Shown here in pieces: positions 51,131 to 62,669 of a stretch of DNA of 64,000 nt. The position numbers were made by a program, and so were the translations under genes. Each line of letters opens with the position of its first letter. Position 1 is the stretch's first letter. Origin of the DNA: Anthoceros angustus (taxonomy: Eukaryota; Plantae; Anthocerotophyta); contig VJWM01000250.1 of the NCBI GenBank assembly GCA_010909165.1, forward strand, positions 1 to 64,000. The letters are read 5' to 3'. The notes under the pieces were generated by a model. It ran no database searches. It was not told the DNA's origin and worked only from the letters and a program-made list of their open reading frames with translations.

Positions 51131-54100
51131 GGAGGGGGAGCTGAGCAGTCAGCTCCAGGGGGAGCACGATGAATGAGCAGCAGCGGCGGCCGGAACCCTA
51201 GACAAGCAGGTTCAAATCTTCATCCCAGATTGTCATCTCTGGCCCAATCCGCATTGGAGGAGCAATTGTCATCAAGATTCTGAGGGAGAGGTCAAGCTTT
51301 CACCGCTATCTTGAATTCGTCCAAGTCGAACAAGTCGCCATCGACATGTGAAGACTTGAGCGCCAGGCCTCACAGCTTTGAGGAATCTTTCACATACTGG
51401 CAGGAACTTCTACTCGCCGAGTTCCATCACCTTGTCGCCACAAGGATGATGCTACTCAGTGAAGAAGCCACCGGAATGATAAAAGGATGCTAAGCACCGC
51501 TGTATACAGGCATGAGAAATCGGACTCATTGACTCGATCTATGATTTCGCGGCGAGTGTTGAAGCACATGCTTGTTAATCTGGAGCCTAGTAGTTTAGAG
51601 CACGTTAAGCAATAGGCTTTAAGATAGAGCAGTTCAAGTACTTTAAGTAGTTTTACTTACACGGTTATTATGAACCGTTATTAGCCTAAGCAGCAGTTAT
51701 AACCGCGATTTGTATTGGTATAAATACGTTTCGTTATCAATACAATTTACCCTTTTTTTGCTCACTTCTGCTTCCACTACAGGTCGTCCATTTTGATGCT
51801 CGAGTAATTGTGGATGTTCCAGCAGGCAACAGAGAGCGTCTTGCCCTTGGGCAGGGCGCCAGTAGGGTCCGGGGCCTGACCCGGTGCCGTCGGGCCTTGC
51901 GACTGTGATTGCAAGTCCTTTAGGGGCCCTACAGCCCCCTCCCTCCTTGCTCCCTTGGCATCCTTGTCGGCCTTCCACAAATGCCATGGTTTGTCCATCT
52001 TTCATAGCTAACCTTGTTCTTCGTTTTCTGCTATATGTAAGAGGACGCGTTGATTAGGTTGTCGCATCCGCCCGCTTATGGGTCGCAGCCAGGATCTCGA
52101 GTGAGACAGAGAGAGCTCGTGAGCGATGGAAAGAGGAAGAATGTTGTTTCGGTGGAGGGCAATCAAGAATCGCAATGGGTCCTTGACCGTAAGTTGATCA
52201 ACAATTTTGAAGTAGGTGGTGCTTATTTGGACTTATGAGCCAGTTTTCCACGAAGAGAGGACATGAGGTGTTTGATTGATTGTGGAACCTTGTTGTTGCG
52301 TTTGAGAGCAATGCAAGATTTGTGAAATGGTCTCGATGGTAGCTCACAAACATGTTGGGGAACCAAGTTCTGATATAGCAAAGCAGATTCCGCCATGATT
52401 CTCATGTTTTCCTTCGGCATCCTAAGGTTTGTGTTTCTTACGTTAACGCAAGCGGCAATGTATGGTGAGCATCTAATCAGAGTATTATCTACTAAGAAAT
52501 CCAATTGTGTTATTGCAGTGGAATCTCGTCACAAGGTCGCTTACACTCCCATTCACCGTGAGTGATGCAATTGTCCCCTAACTATCCGGAGGTTGCACTT
52601 GATGAGGTAGGTACTCATCTTCTTTGCAGGGCAATTTTTCTTTCGTGTCCCCAGCAAGGGATAGTCCTCTTAGGTAGCTAGGTTAGTTCCTACCTAGGTT
52701 GCTAAGGTTTCCTAGTTAGGTCACCCTAAACTAAAAGTCGTGGTCAAGTCCCTAGGAACCCTAGTTAGTCTCATTCCTATGGCTATCTACTGTTTTCATT
52801 ATTGTTCCAAAGATCCCAGATGTTTATTCTTCCTGCCAATCGTTTCATTCTAGCTTTGTTTTTGCTGCAGGTTGATTGATGCTTGTCTATTCGATATTTG
52901 GGTCTCAGATACTGCTTGGCACACCGCTTGTGCTTTTGCTATAATTATTATAGAATTGAGCGAGAACCTTGGGCCTCGAGCCTCACAAAAACATGTATGT
53001 GTGGACCTCTCAATCTTTTGCCTTAGGATCCATGGGCTGGGCACTCGGGCAAGATACTCCTCGCCGCTTTTGCATCCTCGCCATGATAAGCCTCATCAAT
53101 GTCCATTGGTCGCCCGGATCCGGGTTGCAAGCGGGAGGGTGGATAAGTACCTGGATGGGGACTTACCTCCCTCGATGAATTTAACATATCATGCGATTTC
53201 ACACCCCATTTGTAGTTAAGCCGAGAGGGTGGATCCCGATGGGGACCTCCAGACCGTGAATATCTTTGATTGTGGTATGTTGAAGTTATGCTCCAGCCAT
53301 GTTGTCCACAAAGAAATGTGGGTTGCCTTCCCCATCACCTTCTCCCATTAACTCTTGAAGTGAACATCGTAAGCTTTATGCTTGTGAGTGTCTTCCGAAA
53401 TATGTATCGAGGTTGAGGTCCATGCGCCGCGTTGGTTTAGGCTTTAGCTCATTGCCCTATGTAAAATTGACTCCATAGTGTCTTACACCTCTTGCCCGAT
53501 CTATGGTAATATTATACTTGTCCATTTGGACTCGTCCGCACATAGCACATGCGCTAACATCACATCCAGATACATATCAAACCCTGGCAAGGCCCACTGG
53601 ACGTGTGTTAAAAGAATCCTTCGTATCTCAAAGGGACCAGATCCGTAGGACCTTGCATACAAGGGAAATGGAGACAGCATGTACCTTGTACTCACTGCAG
53701 GGGTGACCCGGATGTTAGAAGGTCCACCGCTTGTACAATGTTGAATGGATCAACCATATCTTGGGCATGCAAAAGATGCAGACCTCTCCTCCACGCAGGC
53801 GTAATACGCTGCATCTTTTGCAGCCAAGGAAATCTTATGGATCCGCCAATTCACACCAAGAGCTAGAAGTAGCATCAGATCTCAATTGCGACAACGAATG
53901 AGCCATCGCATGACTCTCAACCCTGTGCTGCATGAGGACAAAAACACATCAAAATACAACATCACTTCATTCGTCAAGTAGTCGGGCGATCACCCTCACT
54001 TATGTCCCTTAGAACACGGATCCGCTAACCAAAGGGCTGCCCAAGGTCACCCATGAACGGCATGTGAATCGCTTGGTGGCGGAGAGACGATTCGAGTGGA

Positions 54101-54150
54101 GGGGAGCTGAGCGGTCACTCGAGGGATGAATGAGCGGCGTGGCCGGAACC

Positions 54151-54495
54151 CTAGACAAGCAGGTTCAAATCTTCATCCCAGATTGTCATCTCTGGCCCAA
54201 TCCGGCAGCTGGAGGAGCAATTGTCATCAGCATCTGGAGGGAGAGGCTGCTTCACCGCCATCTTGAATTCGTCCAAGCTGAACAAGTCGCCATCGACATG
54301 TGAAGACTTGGAGCGGCGCGCCACAGGCTTTGAGGAATCTTTCACACTTCTGCGCTTGGGAACTTCTACTCTGTCGAGTTCCATCACCTTGTCGCTCACA
54401 ACAGTGATGATGCTACTCCAGAGCTGAAGAAGCCACCAGAATGATAAAAGGATGCTAAGCACCAGTTGTATACAGGCATGAGAAATCGAAGCCAT
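54151..54495 (-). CDS. 114-aa antisense ORF with an N-terminal hydrophobic segment, inside Copia B between pol and the 3' LTR
   Basis: MASISHACIQLVLSILLSFWWLLQLWSSIITVVSDKVMELDRVEVPKRRSVKDSSKP...EDLNLLV*; noisy copies at ~51190-51520 and ~49530-49670. Confidence 0.45.
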   Translation of the reverse strand: MASISHACIQLVLSILLSFWWLLQLWSSIITVVSDKVMELDRVEVPKRRSVKDSSKPVARRSKSSHVDGDLFSLDEFKMAVKQPLPPDADDNCSSSCRIGPEMTIWDEDLNLLV

Positions 54496-55689
54496 CTTCG
54501 ATTCGAAGCTCAGTCTCGCAGTTTGCAGCGAGGGGGAGTGTTGAAGCACATGCGCTGACGTAACTGGAGCCTAGTAGTTTAGAGCACGTTAAGCAATAGG
54601 CTTTAAGATAGAGCAGTTCAAGTACTTTAAGTAGTTTTACTTACACGGTTATTATGAACCGTTATTAGCCTAAGCAGCAGTTATAACCGCGATTTGTATT
54701 GGTATAAATACGTTTCGTTATCAATACAATTTACCCTTTTTTTGCTCACTTCTGCTTCCACTACAGGTCGTCCATTTTGATGCTCGAGTAATTGTGGATG
54801 TTCCAAATAGCAGAGCGCCTTGCCCTTGGGCGGCGCCGAGGGGTCCGGGGCTCGACCCGTGCCGTCGGGCCTTCAGTTGTGATTGCAAGTCCTTTAGGGG
54901 CCCTACAGCCCCCTCCCTCCTTGCTCCCTTGGCATCCTTGTCGGCCTTCCACAAATGCCATGGTTTGTCCATCTTTCATAGCTAACCTTGTTCTTCGTTT
55001 TCTGCTATATGTAAGAGGACGCGTTGATTAGGTTGTCAGCATCTGGGATGCAATACATCTTTACCAAAACATGCCTTGGGGATAAATACTCATGGGGAGC
55101 CACGGGGCACTTTGGCTTCTCGGCTAGCCTGGGCCATCTTGCATGCACCTTTGGGGACCTCCAGACCGTGAATATCTTTGATTGTGGTATGTTGAAGTTG
55201 CGTTCCAGCCATGTTGTCCACAAAGAAATGTGGGTTGCCTTCCCCATCAGCCTTCTCCCATTAACTCTTGAAGTGAACATCGTAAGCTTTATGCTTGTGA
55301 GTGTCTTCCCGAAATATGTATCGAGGTTGAGGTCCATGCGCCGCGTTGGTTTAGGCTTTAGCTCATTGCCCTATGTAAAGGGGTCGGCTCCATAGTGTCT
55401 TACACCTCTTGCCCGATCTATGGTAATATTATACTCTCTATACCGTACCCCGAGAGGTGATTCGGCGTTAATTAATTAGAATTAGTAAAATTTAAAAATG
55501 TAAAAACTACTATGCTTAAAATGCCGAATGTGTAAATATTTAAGAGTCTAAAATGCCGAAAACAAAGGAAAGGGAGCAACCTCGCGGAGGCTGCTGCAGG
55601 CAGCTGAGGCTGCAGAGTCGTGTGACCTCATGAGGACCGCGCAAGCCTCGCCATTGCCTTGCACTGGCAACCGAGGTTGTAGAGGTTGC

Positions 55690-56545
55690 AGCTCAACAGC
55701 TGAGGCAACCGAGGTCACTGAGAATGAGGTCAGAACCGCGAGGCACCGAGGCTCACCGCACCGCTGAGGCACCGAGGTCGGCCACCGCTGAGGCACCGAG
55801 GTCACAATTGAGCATGAGGCTCACCACCGCCGAGGCAATGAGGCACGCACCATGAGCGTGAGTCGGTCAGCAAGGAGGCAATGAGGTCACCAAGAACTGA
55901 AAATTGAGGTGCCACCGCTGAGGCACTGAGGTCACCACCGCTGAGGCACCGAGGTCACAGCCGCGAGGCAACCGAGGTCACACCGCTGAGGCAACCGAGG
56001 TCACACCGCTGAGGCACCGCTGAGGCACCGAGGCTCACCGCACCGCTGAGGCACCGAGGCCGGCCGCGACCTCGCGAGGCGGTGAGGCGGCCGCACCGCT
56101 GAGGCACCGAGGTCGGGCCACAGCCGCGAGGCAACCGAGGTCGGCCACCGCTGAGAATGAGGTCACAGCCGCGAGGCACCGAGCCGGCCCAACTCCGAGG
56201 CACTGAGGGTCACTGCGAGGCACCGAGGTCACACCGCTGAGGCACCGAGGCCGGCCAGCCTCATGAGGCGGTGAGGCGGCCGCACCGCTGAGGCGGTGAG
56301 GCCGCCTCATGAGGCCCGCCTTTCTTGCGAGGCCGCAACATACCAGGTGGTCGCAAATGCGGCAGCTGAGATCGGCACAGACAATAATGATCCGCACCGC
56401 GAGGCGGTGAGGCCGGCCGCGACCTCGCGAGGCGGTGAGGCCGGCCGCGACCTCGCGAGGCGGTGAGGCCGGCCGCAAGGCCGCACGGGCCGTAGCTGAG
56501 TAGCGCAGATCTCGCAAAGAGCCTCGCGAGGTCAGCTGCTGAGGC
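55690..56545. repeat. GC-rich minisatellite built from GAGG-centred 9-12 bp subunits (e.g. ACCGCTGAGGC(A)ACCGAGGTC)
   Basis: Dozens of GAGGCACCGAGG / CCGCTGAGG / GAGGCGGTGAGG variants across ~850 bp. Confidence 0.9.
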
Positions 56546-56599
56546 GCCCTACCACCGGAGTGAGTCAAGATGAGCAGGACGTAGCACCTTAGAGTCGCA

Positions 56600-57152
56600 T
56601 CCGCTCTGCTTATGGGTCGCCAGCAGGATCTGAGTGAGACAGAGAGAGCTCAGAGCGATGGAAAGAGGAAGAATGTTGCTCGGTGGAGGGCAATCAAGAA
56701 TCGCAATGGGTCCTTGACTGTAAGTTGATCAACAATTTTTGAAGTAGGTGGTGCTTATTTGGACTTATGAGCCAGTTTTCCACGAAGAGAGGACATGAGG
56801 TGTTTTGATTGATTGTGGAACCTTGTTGTTGCAGTTTGAGAGCAATGCAAGATTTGTGAAATGGTCTGATGGTAGCCTGGTATTGCTTGGGAACGAAGTT
56901 CTTGATATAGCAGTACAGGATTCCCGTCATGATCAATCTCATGTTTTCCTTCGGCATCCTAAGGTTTGTGTTTCTTACGTTAATGCAGTGGTGCAGTTGT
57001 ATGGAGTGAGCATCTAACTGTATATTATCTACTAAGAAATCCAATTGTGTTATTGCAGGGAATCCTACTGTCACAAGGTCGTTTACACTCCCATTCACCG
57101 TGAGCAGGATGCAGAATTGTCCCCTAACTATCTGGAGGTTGCACTTGATGAG
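56600..57152 (+). pseudogene. LEO1: Intron-containing fragment of a Leo1/VIP4 (PAF1 complex) gene with internal deletions; noisy copy ~52060-52606
   Basis: Exons ...SDGKRKNVARWRAIKNRNGSLT|gt(56720)..ag|FESNARFVKWSDGSLVLLGNEVLDIAVQDSRHDQSHVFLRHPK (56835-56963)|gt..ag|GILLSQGRL (57059) then frameshift to ...ELSPNYLEVALDE|gt. Matches the recalled Leo1 domain ESNARFVRWSDGSLQLLIGNEV...GILQSQGR. Confidence 0.75.
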
Positions 57153-57700
57153 GTAGGTACTCATCTTCTTTCAGTAGGCAATTTTTCTTTCAGGTCCCTA
57201 GCAAGGGATAGTCCTCTTCTTAGGTAGCTAGGGTTAGTTCCCTACCTAGGTTGCTAAGGTTTCCCTAGTTAGGGTCAGCTCCTAAACTAAAAGTCAGGGT
57301 CAAGTCCCTAGGAACCCTAGTTAGTCTCATTCCTATGGCTATCTACCAGGTTTTCATTATTGTTCCAAAGATCCTGTAGATGTTTATTCTTCCTGGCTAA
57401 CTGTTTCATTCTAGCTTTGTTTTTGCTGCAGGTTGATGCTTGTCTATTCGATATTTGGAGTGCATACTGGCAGCACCGGCTTGGTGGCCGTTTTGCTATA
57501 ATTATTATAGAATTGAGCGAGAACCTTGGGCCTCGAGCCTCACAAAAACATATATTTATGTGTGGACCTCTCAATCTTTTGCCTTAGGACTGTCATGGGC
57601 TGGGCACTCCGGGCAAGATACTCCTCGCGCGCCGCTTTTGCATCCCTGCTCAGCTGATAAGCCTCATCAATGTCCATTGGTCGTCTGGATCCGAAGTTGC

Positions 57701-57920
57701 AGTTAAGCCGGGAGGGTGGATAAGTACCTGGATGGGGGACTTACCTCCCTCGATGAATTTAACATATCATGCAGATTTCACACCCCATTACTTGTAGTTA
57801 AGCCGAGAGGGTGGATCAGTGCCCAGATGGGGGACCTACCTCCCTCGATGAATTTAACATATTTGCAATGTAGCTCTCACACCCCATAACTTGCAATTAA
57901 GCCGGGAGTGTGGATAAGTA
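57701..57920. repeat. ~95-99 bp diverged tandem repeat (about 2.2 units)
   Basis: AGTTAAGCCG.GAGGGTGGAT...GATGGGGGAC.TACCTCCCTCGATGAATTTAACATAT...CACACCCCAT starts at 57701, 57796 and ~57895. Confidence 0.85.
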
Positions 57921-57925
57921 TCGAT

Positions 57926-58100
57926 TTATGAGCGGACATTCCCTTATGAGCGGACATTTATGAGCGGACATTCCCTTATGAGCGGACATTCCCTTATGAG
58001 CGGACATTCCCTTATGAGCGGACATTCCCTTATGAGCGGACATTCCCTTATGCGGACATTCCTTATGAGCGGACATTCCTTTATGGGACATTCCTTTATG
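57926..58100. repeat. ~10 x 18-bp tandem repeat TTATGAGCGGACATTCCC
   Basis: Head-to-tail units with no spacers; units 2, 8 and 10 are shortened. Confidence 0.97.
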
Positions 58101-60379
58101 CTTCTATATCCAAAGCGCCTTGTTCACTTGGTTGCTACTTTGCATGTTGTAAGTTGAGTGTAAGACAAGTTACAACGTAGTGCAAAGTGCCTTGTTACCT
58201 TTAAATTTGTTACTACTTTCCTCGTCGTAAGTTGAGTGTAAGTGAAGTTACAACATGGTGCGTTGTGAAGCCCACTACAAGTCCAAATGTAGCTCATGCA
58301 CGCGAAGCTACAGTGACCGGTCTGCCGCATGCCGGGTTGCATGGCTTGGCGGGCGCTTGACAACAGTTCCTTTATTTTATTGTTCTTGGCCCGCACGCAT
58401 TGACTTGATGAGTCTATGCTAACTGGCACCATAGCACCGGCTTGGATTGGCCGCGTTTATTCATTATTATAGAATTGGCGGGGAATGCGGGCTTCATCAC
58501 GGCTTCACGGATCGCGGGCTTCATTTCTAGTCATTATCGCCTCCTTTGCTTTGCGGCTTGCTTAGCGAGGAGGAAGTGGCTTGTTTTGTTTGTGTTGTTT
58601 CTTGTGTGTTTACTTACTCGAAACAACGTGGGCAACGATTCAGAATCATCGGCTTCGTGCTTGTAGGTTTCAAGGTAAGTAGATATTGTACATAACTGAG
58701 TTTGTCTACTTTCAAGTTTGTGTACTTTCAAATTTGTCTTCCCGCATACGTTTCTACTTACCCCAACCACCCTGCGCCATGTAGATGGTGCGCGAGACTC
58801 GTGCGAGGGCCAAACTCCAATTTCAAGCTCAAGCAGATGACACCACTCAAAAGCTCGCGATAGCGGCGCTTGTGTTGGGAGAAGAAGCAGTCGAGCAAGC
58901 ATTGCGAAAGCGGCCTCCCTGCTGAGGCACGGTGGTTGGGGTCAATAGAAATGTCCTTGCGGCGAAGAAGGTCCTCGGAGATCTTCCGGAGGATGCGAAT
59001 AAAATGGGCCAAGGTGAAGGTGGGAAGCGCACAAGAGGAGGTGGGAGTGGAGGAGGTCGAAGCGAGCTCACCTGGGGTGAAGGATGTGCCCTCGCGGACA
59101 ATGAGGAGCTTGAGCTCGAGGAGGTGCTTGTCACTCCTCCTCCATGGGACGATGTGCTTATCGCTCCTCGGCTTGTGGAGGATGCGGTTGTCACTCTCTC
59201 GGTGGCCGGAGTTGAGGAGTTTGTGGATCTTGATGCGCCGGCGGCGTGGAAAAGCCGTGCTTGCGGTCTTGCATCTGGATCCTCTTGTGGCACGGATGGT
59301 GGATCCCAAGCTTGTGCATGGAGGCGGAGGGAGCTTGGGTCTAATCTATCCGTGGCAAAGGGGCTTGGGCACGGTGGGGTGAATCGCCATGTCCACACTT
59401 GGATCTGCTCAAGCGGATCTGGCTACCAAAGGGTGAAAGGTAAAGGATCGGGGCCCCAATTTGCATCTCAAACGCCCTTCCCACCCCCTCTCCCAACCTG
59501 CACATGCCTCCTCCCGCAGATCTTGTTCCTTCCCACCCAGCTCCTTCTCCCCTCCCCCCCTCTCCCACGCCACTTCTTCCACACCCACCTTCTCCCACCC
59601 CGCACCTCTCCCTAGTTCTCCCACCTATGCCTCTACATCTCAACATTCCATAGCTTCACCTCCACTCCAAAAGCACCCGTGCTCGTGGTCGCCAAGAAAA
59701 CATGTCTCTTGAAAGAGAGGAGGCTGCCGGGCATGACTACGGAGGCATATGAAAACTACGTCGAGCAAAGGGAAGGGAAAGGTTCACATCATCCACAGAT
59801 CGGACATCTACCGTGAGCAGTCGGTGCATGAAGGATCCTCTATGTGCTTGATATACTTGATGTGTGATCGAATTTTGGTGCCACTCTGTAGATGGGCTGC
59901 TCTTCTTGTACAATGTAAATTGGTTGTGCAATTGTTGGTTCTCTTGCAATTTATTTGTGTTGTGGTGTCTTGGATCTAGAGATTGAGTCGTTCTCTTGCA
60001 ATGAGTTTGTTTGTGCACGAGCTCTAGAGATCAAGCCATTACATGCTCTATCGCACTCACTTTAGAGCCTGCAAGCTCATCACTGCTAGCATGGATGTGT
60101 ACTTCGCTCATTGTATGCTCATTCACAGTTGCTGTCATTGTTACACTCATTCCTGCACATACTTTTTCTCGTCACGAGCTTGATCTAATGTAGCTCATTT
60201 CTACAAGCTTGGTGTACATTGTCTGTTCATGTTCAACGTCACACTCATTGTGCTTGCATGTTAGTTCTTCTCACCACTAATTGCTTCCATGGTTTTGTTC
60301 TCGTAGGTTGGATCAAGGAGGATACTGAGCTATCAAGTAATGCAATTCGTGTCGATGGGCAATCGACATTTTTGTCGCC

Positions 60380-60960
60380 GTAATAGTAACTTTTGGAGGG
60401 AGAAGCTTGAGGTTTGTACATGACAATGCAATCATCAGAGATGTTGGTGCGGACAATGGCTCATGTGTGATCAGCTCTTCTCCAATATGATCAAGAATTA
60501 GAAGTACAATCTTGCAAGATGTCCCGTTTGTTCCTTTCTGGTGAGTATTCTACGAAGTACAAGCCCCGTGATATCACACCTGACAAGTGGAATGAAATTC
60601 TGGTGGAGGAAAGAGTGAAGTCCAAGCAAGAGATGTCTCTCCAGAAACGCATTGCCATGGAAAGGAAGAACAATCCAAATGCCAAGCCCTATGCACACTT
60701 TGGAAATGGAGGACAGCCTGGTTTTAACAGACATTTTCTTTTGAAGTATGGGAGACAGAGGAGGAGAAAGTTGCAGTGGCATCAAAATCTGGAGAGTGGG
60801 TTGCTAAGTTGGAAGCTTTATGGGATCGTGAGCAGGTCCCTTATCCAGAGCAAGTTAGTTTTAGCCTGTTTTCGCTAGTGTGGGAGGAAGAAGATTTCAG
60901 CCAAAGTTATGTGAGACTGTTGGAGGCTGGATACGGTATGGGAATTGATAAGTTTTCGTA
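60380..60960 (+). mobile_element. Degenerate En/Spm (CACTA) Ptta-type transposase-like fragment
   Basis: FSNMIKN*KYNLAR, KPRDITPDKWNEILV, KPYAHFGNGG resemble the W..FKNW / P..I...W / H..G..G pattern of that family; frameshifted. Confidence 0.4.
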
Positions 60961-62669
60961 CTAAGAATTTTTCTAGTATGCTTTGAGTGGCAATCGACTC
61001 TGTACATGTGTTGGATCACGGATATTGTGATAGATGCCATTAAGCGAAAGGATGTGGATGAAGATGGCTGGTTCATAGATTGTTTGATCCCAAGATGTAG
61101 AGGTGAGCCGGGCTCCACGAGTACCACAGGCGAATGACAAGGTTGTAAAAGACAAGACTCAAAAGTCAAGGCTGTGAAGACAAGACTCAGCAAAGACACG
61201 GTCTGGAAGGGCAAGACTCCAGCAAAGACAAGGCTAGACTGATGGAGGCAAGGCCCATATTGTGATTGAAGAGGCCCCAAAGGAGCAGTCTGAAATTTCT
61301 CCTGCTAAGATGCGGAGAAGTTTTTGCGATCTTGGATAATTCGGAAGGAGTTTGGCCCAAGAGTTGGAAGCACAGCGTCTTTGTGTGAAGGCGGGTTCAA
61401 CTACGTGGCGAGCTCGCAATCTTGCAATCTTGAAGTCCGGATCCACAAGGGGAGTGTGAACAAAAGCGGAAGGCGTGACGAGGACTTCAAGAAGAAGACA
61501 ACGGAAATTTTCTAAGAAGGCCCAATAGATGTGGAGTGTAGGTGTTTGTTTGTTGACTTGCAACTAGAGTTGGAGTGTAGATGTGAATTTTGAAAGACTA
61601 TCCCTTGAAAAAAATGCCAAGCCTAAAACACCTAAGGACTAGACTTGGTGGATCTAGCCCATGAAAGGCTCCTCAAACTTGCCTGCAATACTTACACACA
61701 TATGTGTATGTAGTGAATTGGAGGATGCACGCCGAGCCTAAGGTTTTGACAGTGACAACCGATCCTGCGAACCGAAGGGTATTGAGCAGCAGGACTGCGA
61801 GATTCCTGCACCGGGGTACTCTCATTTGTCCAGCCTGAGCGCAAGAGCACCATCACACTTCAATCTCGCCCCCTGCGTGAGACTATGTACGGCATTGCAT
61901 CAAAGTTAGTACTGGTCCCTCCGTTAGTCTAATCTGCTAGCCAGGCCAACTTGTCAATCACTTCATCCCACAGCCTCCGCCACAGGTATGCAGGTTCTAT
62001 CTCTGCCAACGCGGCCAGCTCAGAGATGGAACGTCCAGGATAAAACAGCAAGGAGAAATCCATAGCGTTCTCTTCGGAATCCACCATCTACTTAGCTTTC
62101 GTCGGCAACTGTGGGCCTCCTTTGCAACGTCCGTTGAGACGCCTGGGGTACTCCACGGGCCCTTCGATGCTGACAGTTGCAATGTCGAGCTCCAGAAAGT
62201 GGGATTGCTGATGTGCAAAAGACGATCGTGTCCCCTTTGGGCTCATCCGCAGACACCTCTTTCCTTCCAAGAGCCTCGCATCCACCACCACCCCGGGAGT
62301 TGTATGGCTGTCCTTCCTACCGAACAAACATCAGCAATCAACCTCTCCCTGTGGATTGCTGCCCTTTTGATGCCCCCGCTTGGCGCCGTCCGCGATTAAC
62401 CACGGGCGATCAGCTTGGGAGGCGCCGCGTCCGTGATTCCCGAAGCGCCAATCTCGCCGTAATTACACGGCTTGGCGCCTCATGCTTGGCTTCCGACTTC
62501 TGACTTACTGCGGTGTCAAACCACACATGCATCGGAGATGGGCATGCACATGCCCATCATCATTCATGTCCATGCACATGAGCATGCCCCCGTGATCACG
62601 CAAGTCACCACTCATGCACACATACCCATTGCACCCTCTAACATCCTATTTGCTATGACACTTACCCTT

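Larger units (their letters stand above)
45209..54765 (+). mobile_element. Ty1/Copia (family B) element with both LTRs and 5-bp TSD GGTCG; interior scrambled, partly triplicated and incomplete
   Basis: TSD 45204-45208 and 54766-54770; 5' LTR 45209-45434 (TG...CA); PBS TGGCATCAAAGC 45435-45446; gag start 46014 (FNGNDYDI*QMHITALLEEHDLMGIV); UBN2-like gag 46930-47430; CCHC CNWCHIPGHFENEC; protease WFLDSGATTHIC; integrase 48340-49020; RT/RNase H 50140-51130; PPT GAGGGGGAG 54530-54538; 3' LTR 54539-54765; extra 3' LTR copies ~49690-49905 and 51557-51781. Confidence 0.88.

Noticed and set aside
57225-57330. CCCTAG/CTAGGG-rich tract as an interstitial telomere
   Set aside because: Mixed orientation, no run of TTTAGGG or TTAGGG units.
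57926-58100. 18-bp array as a CRISPR locus
   Set aside because: Units are head-to-tail with no unique spacers, no cas genes, eukaryotic context.
61997-62503. Short ORFs as an endonuclease or RT fragment
   Set aside because: No diagnostic motif could be aligned.
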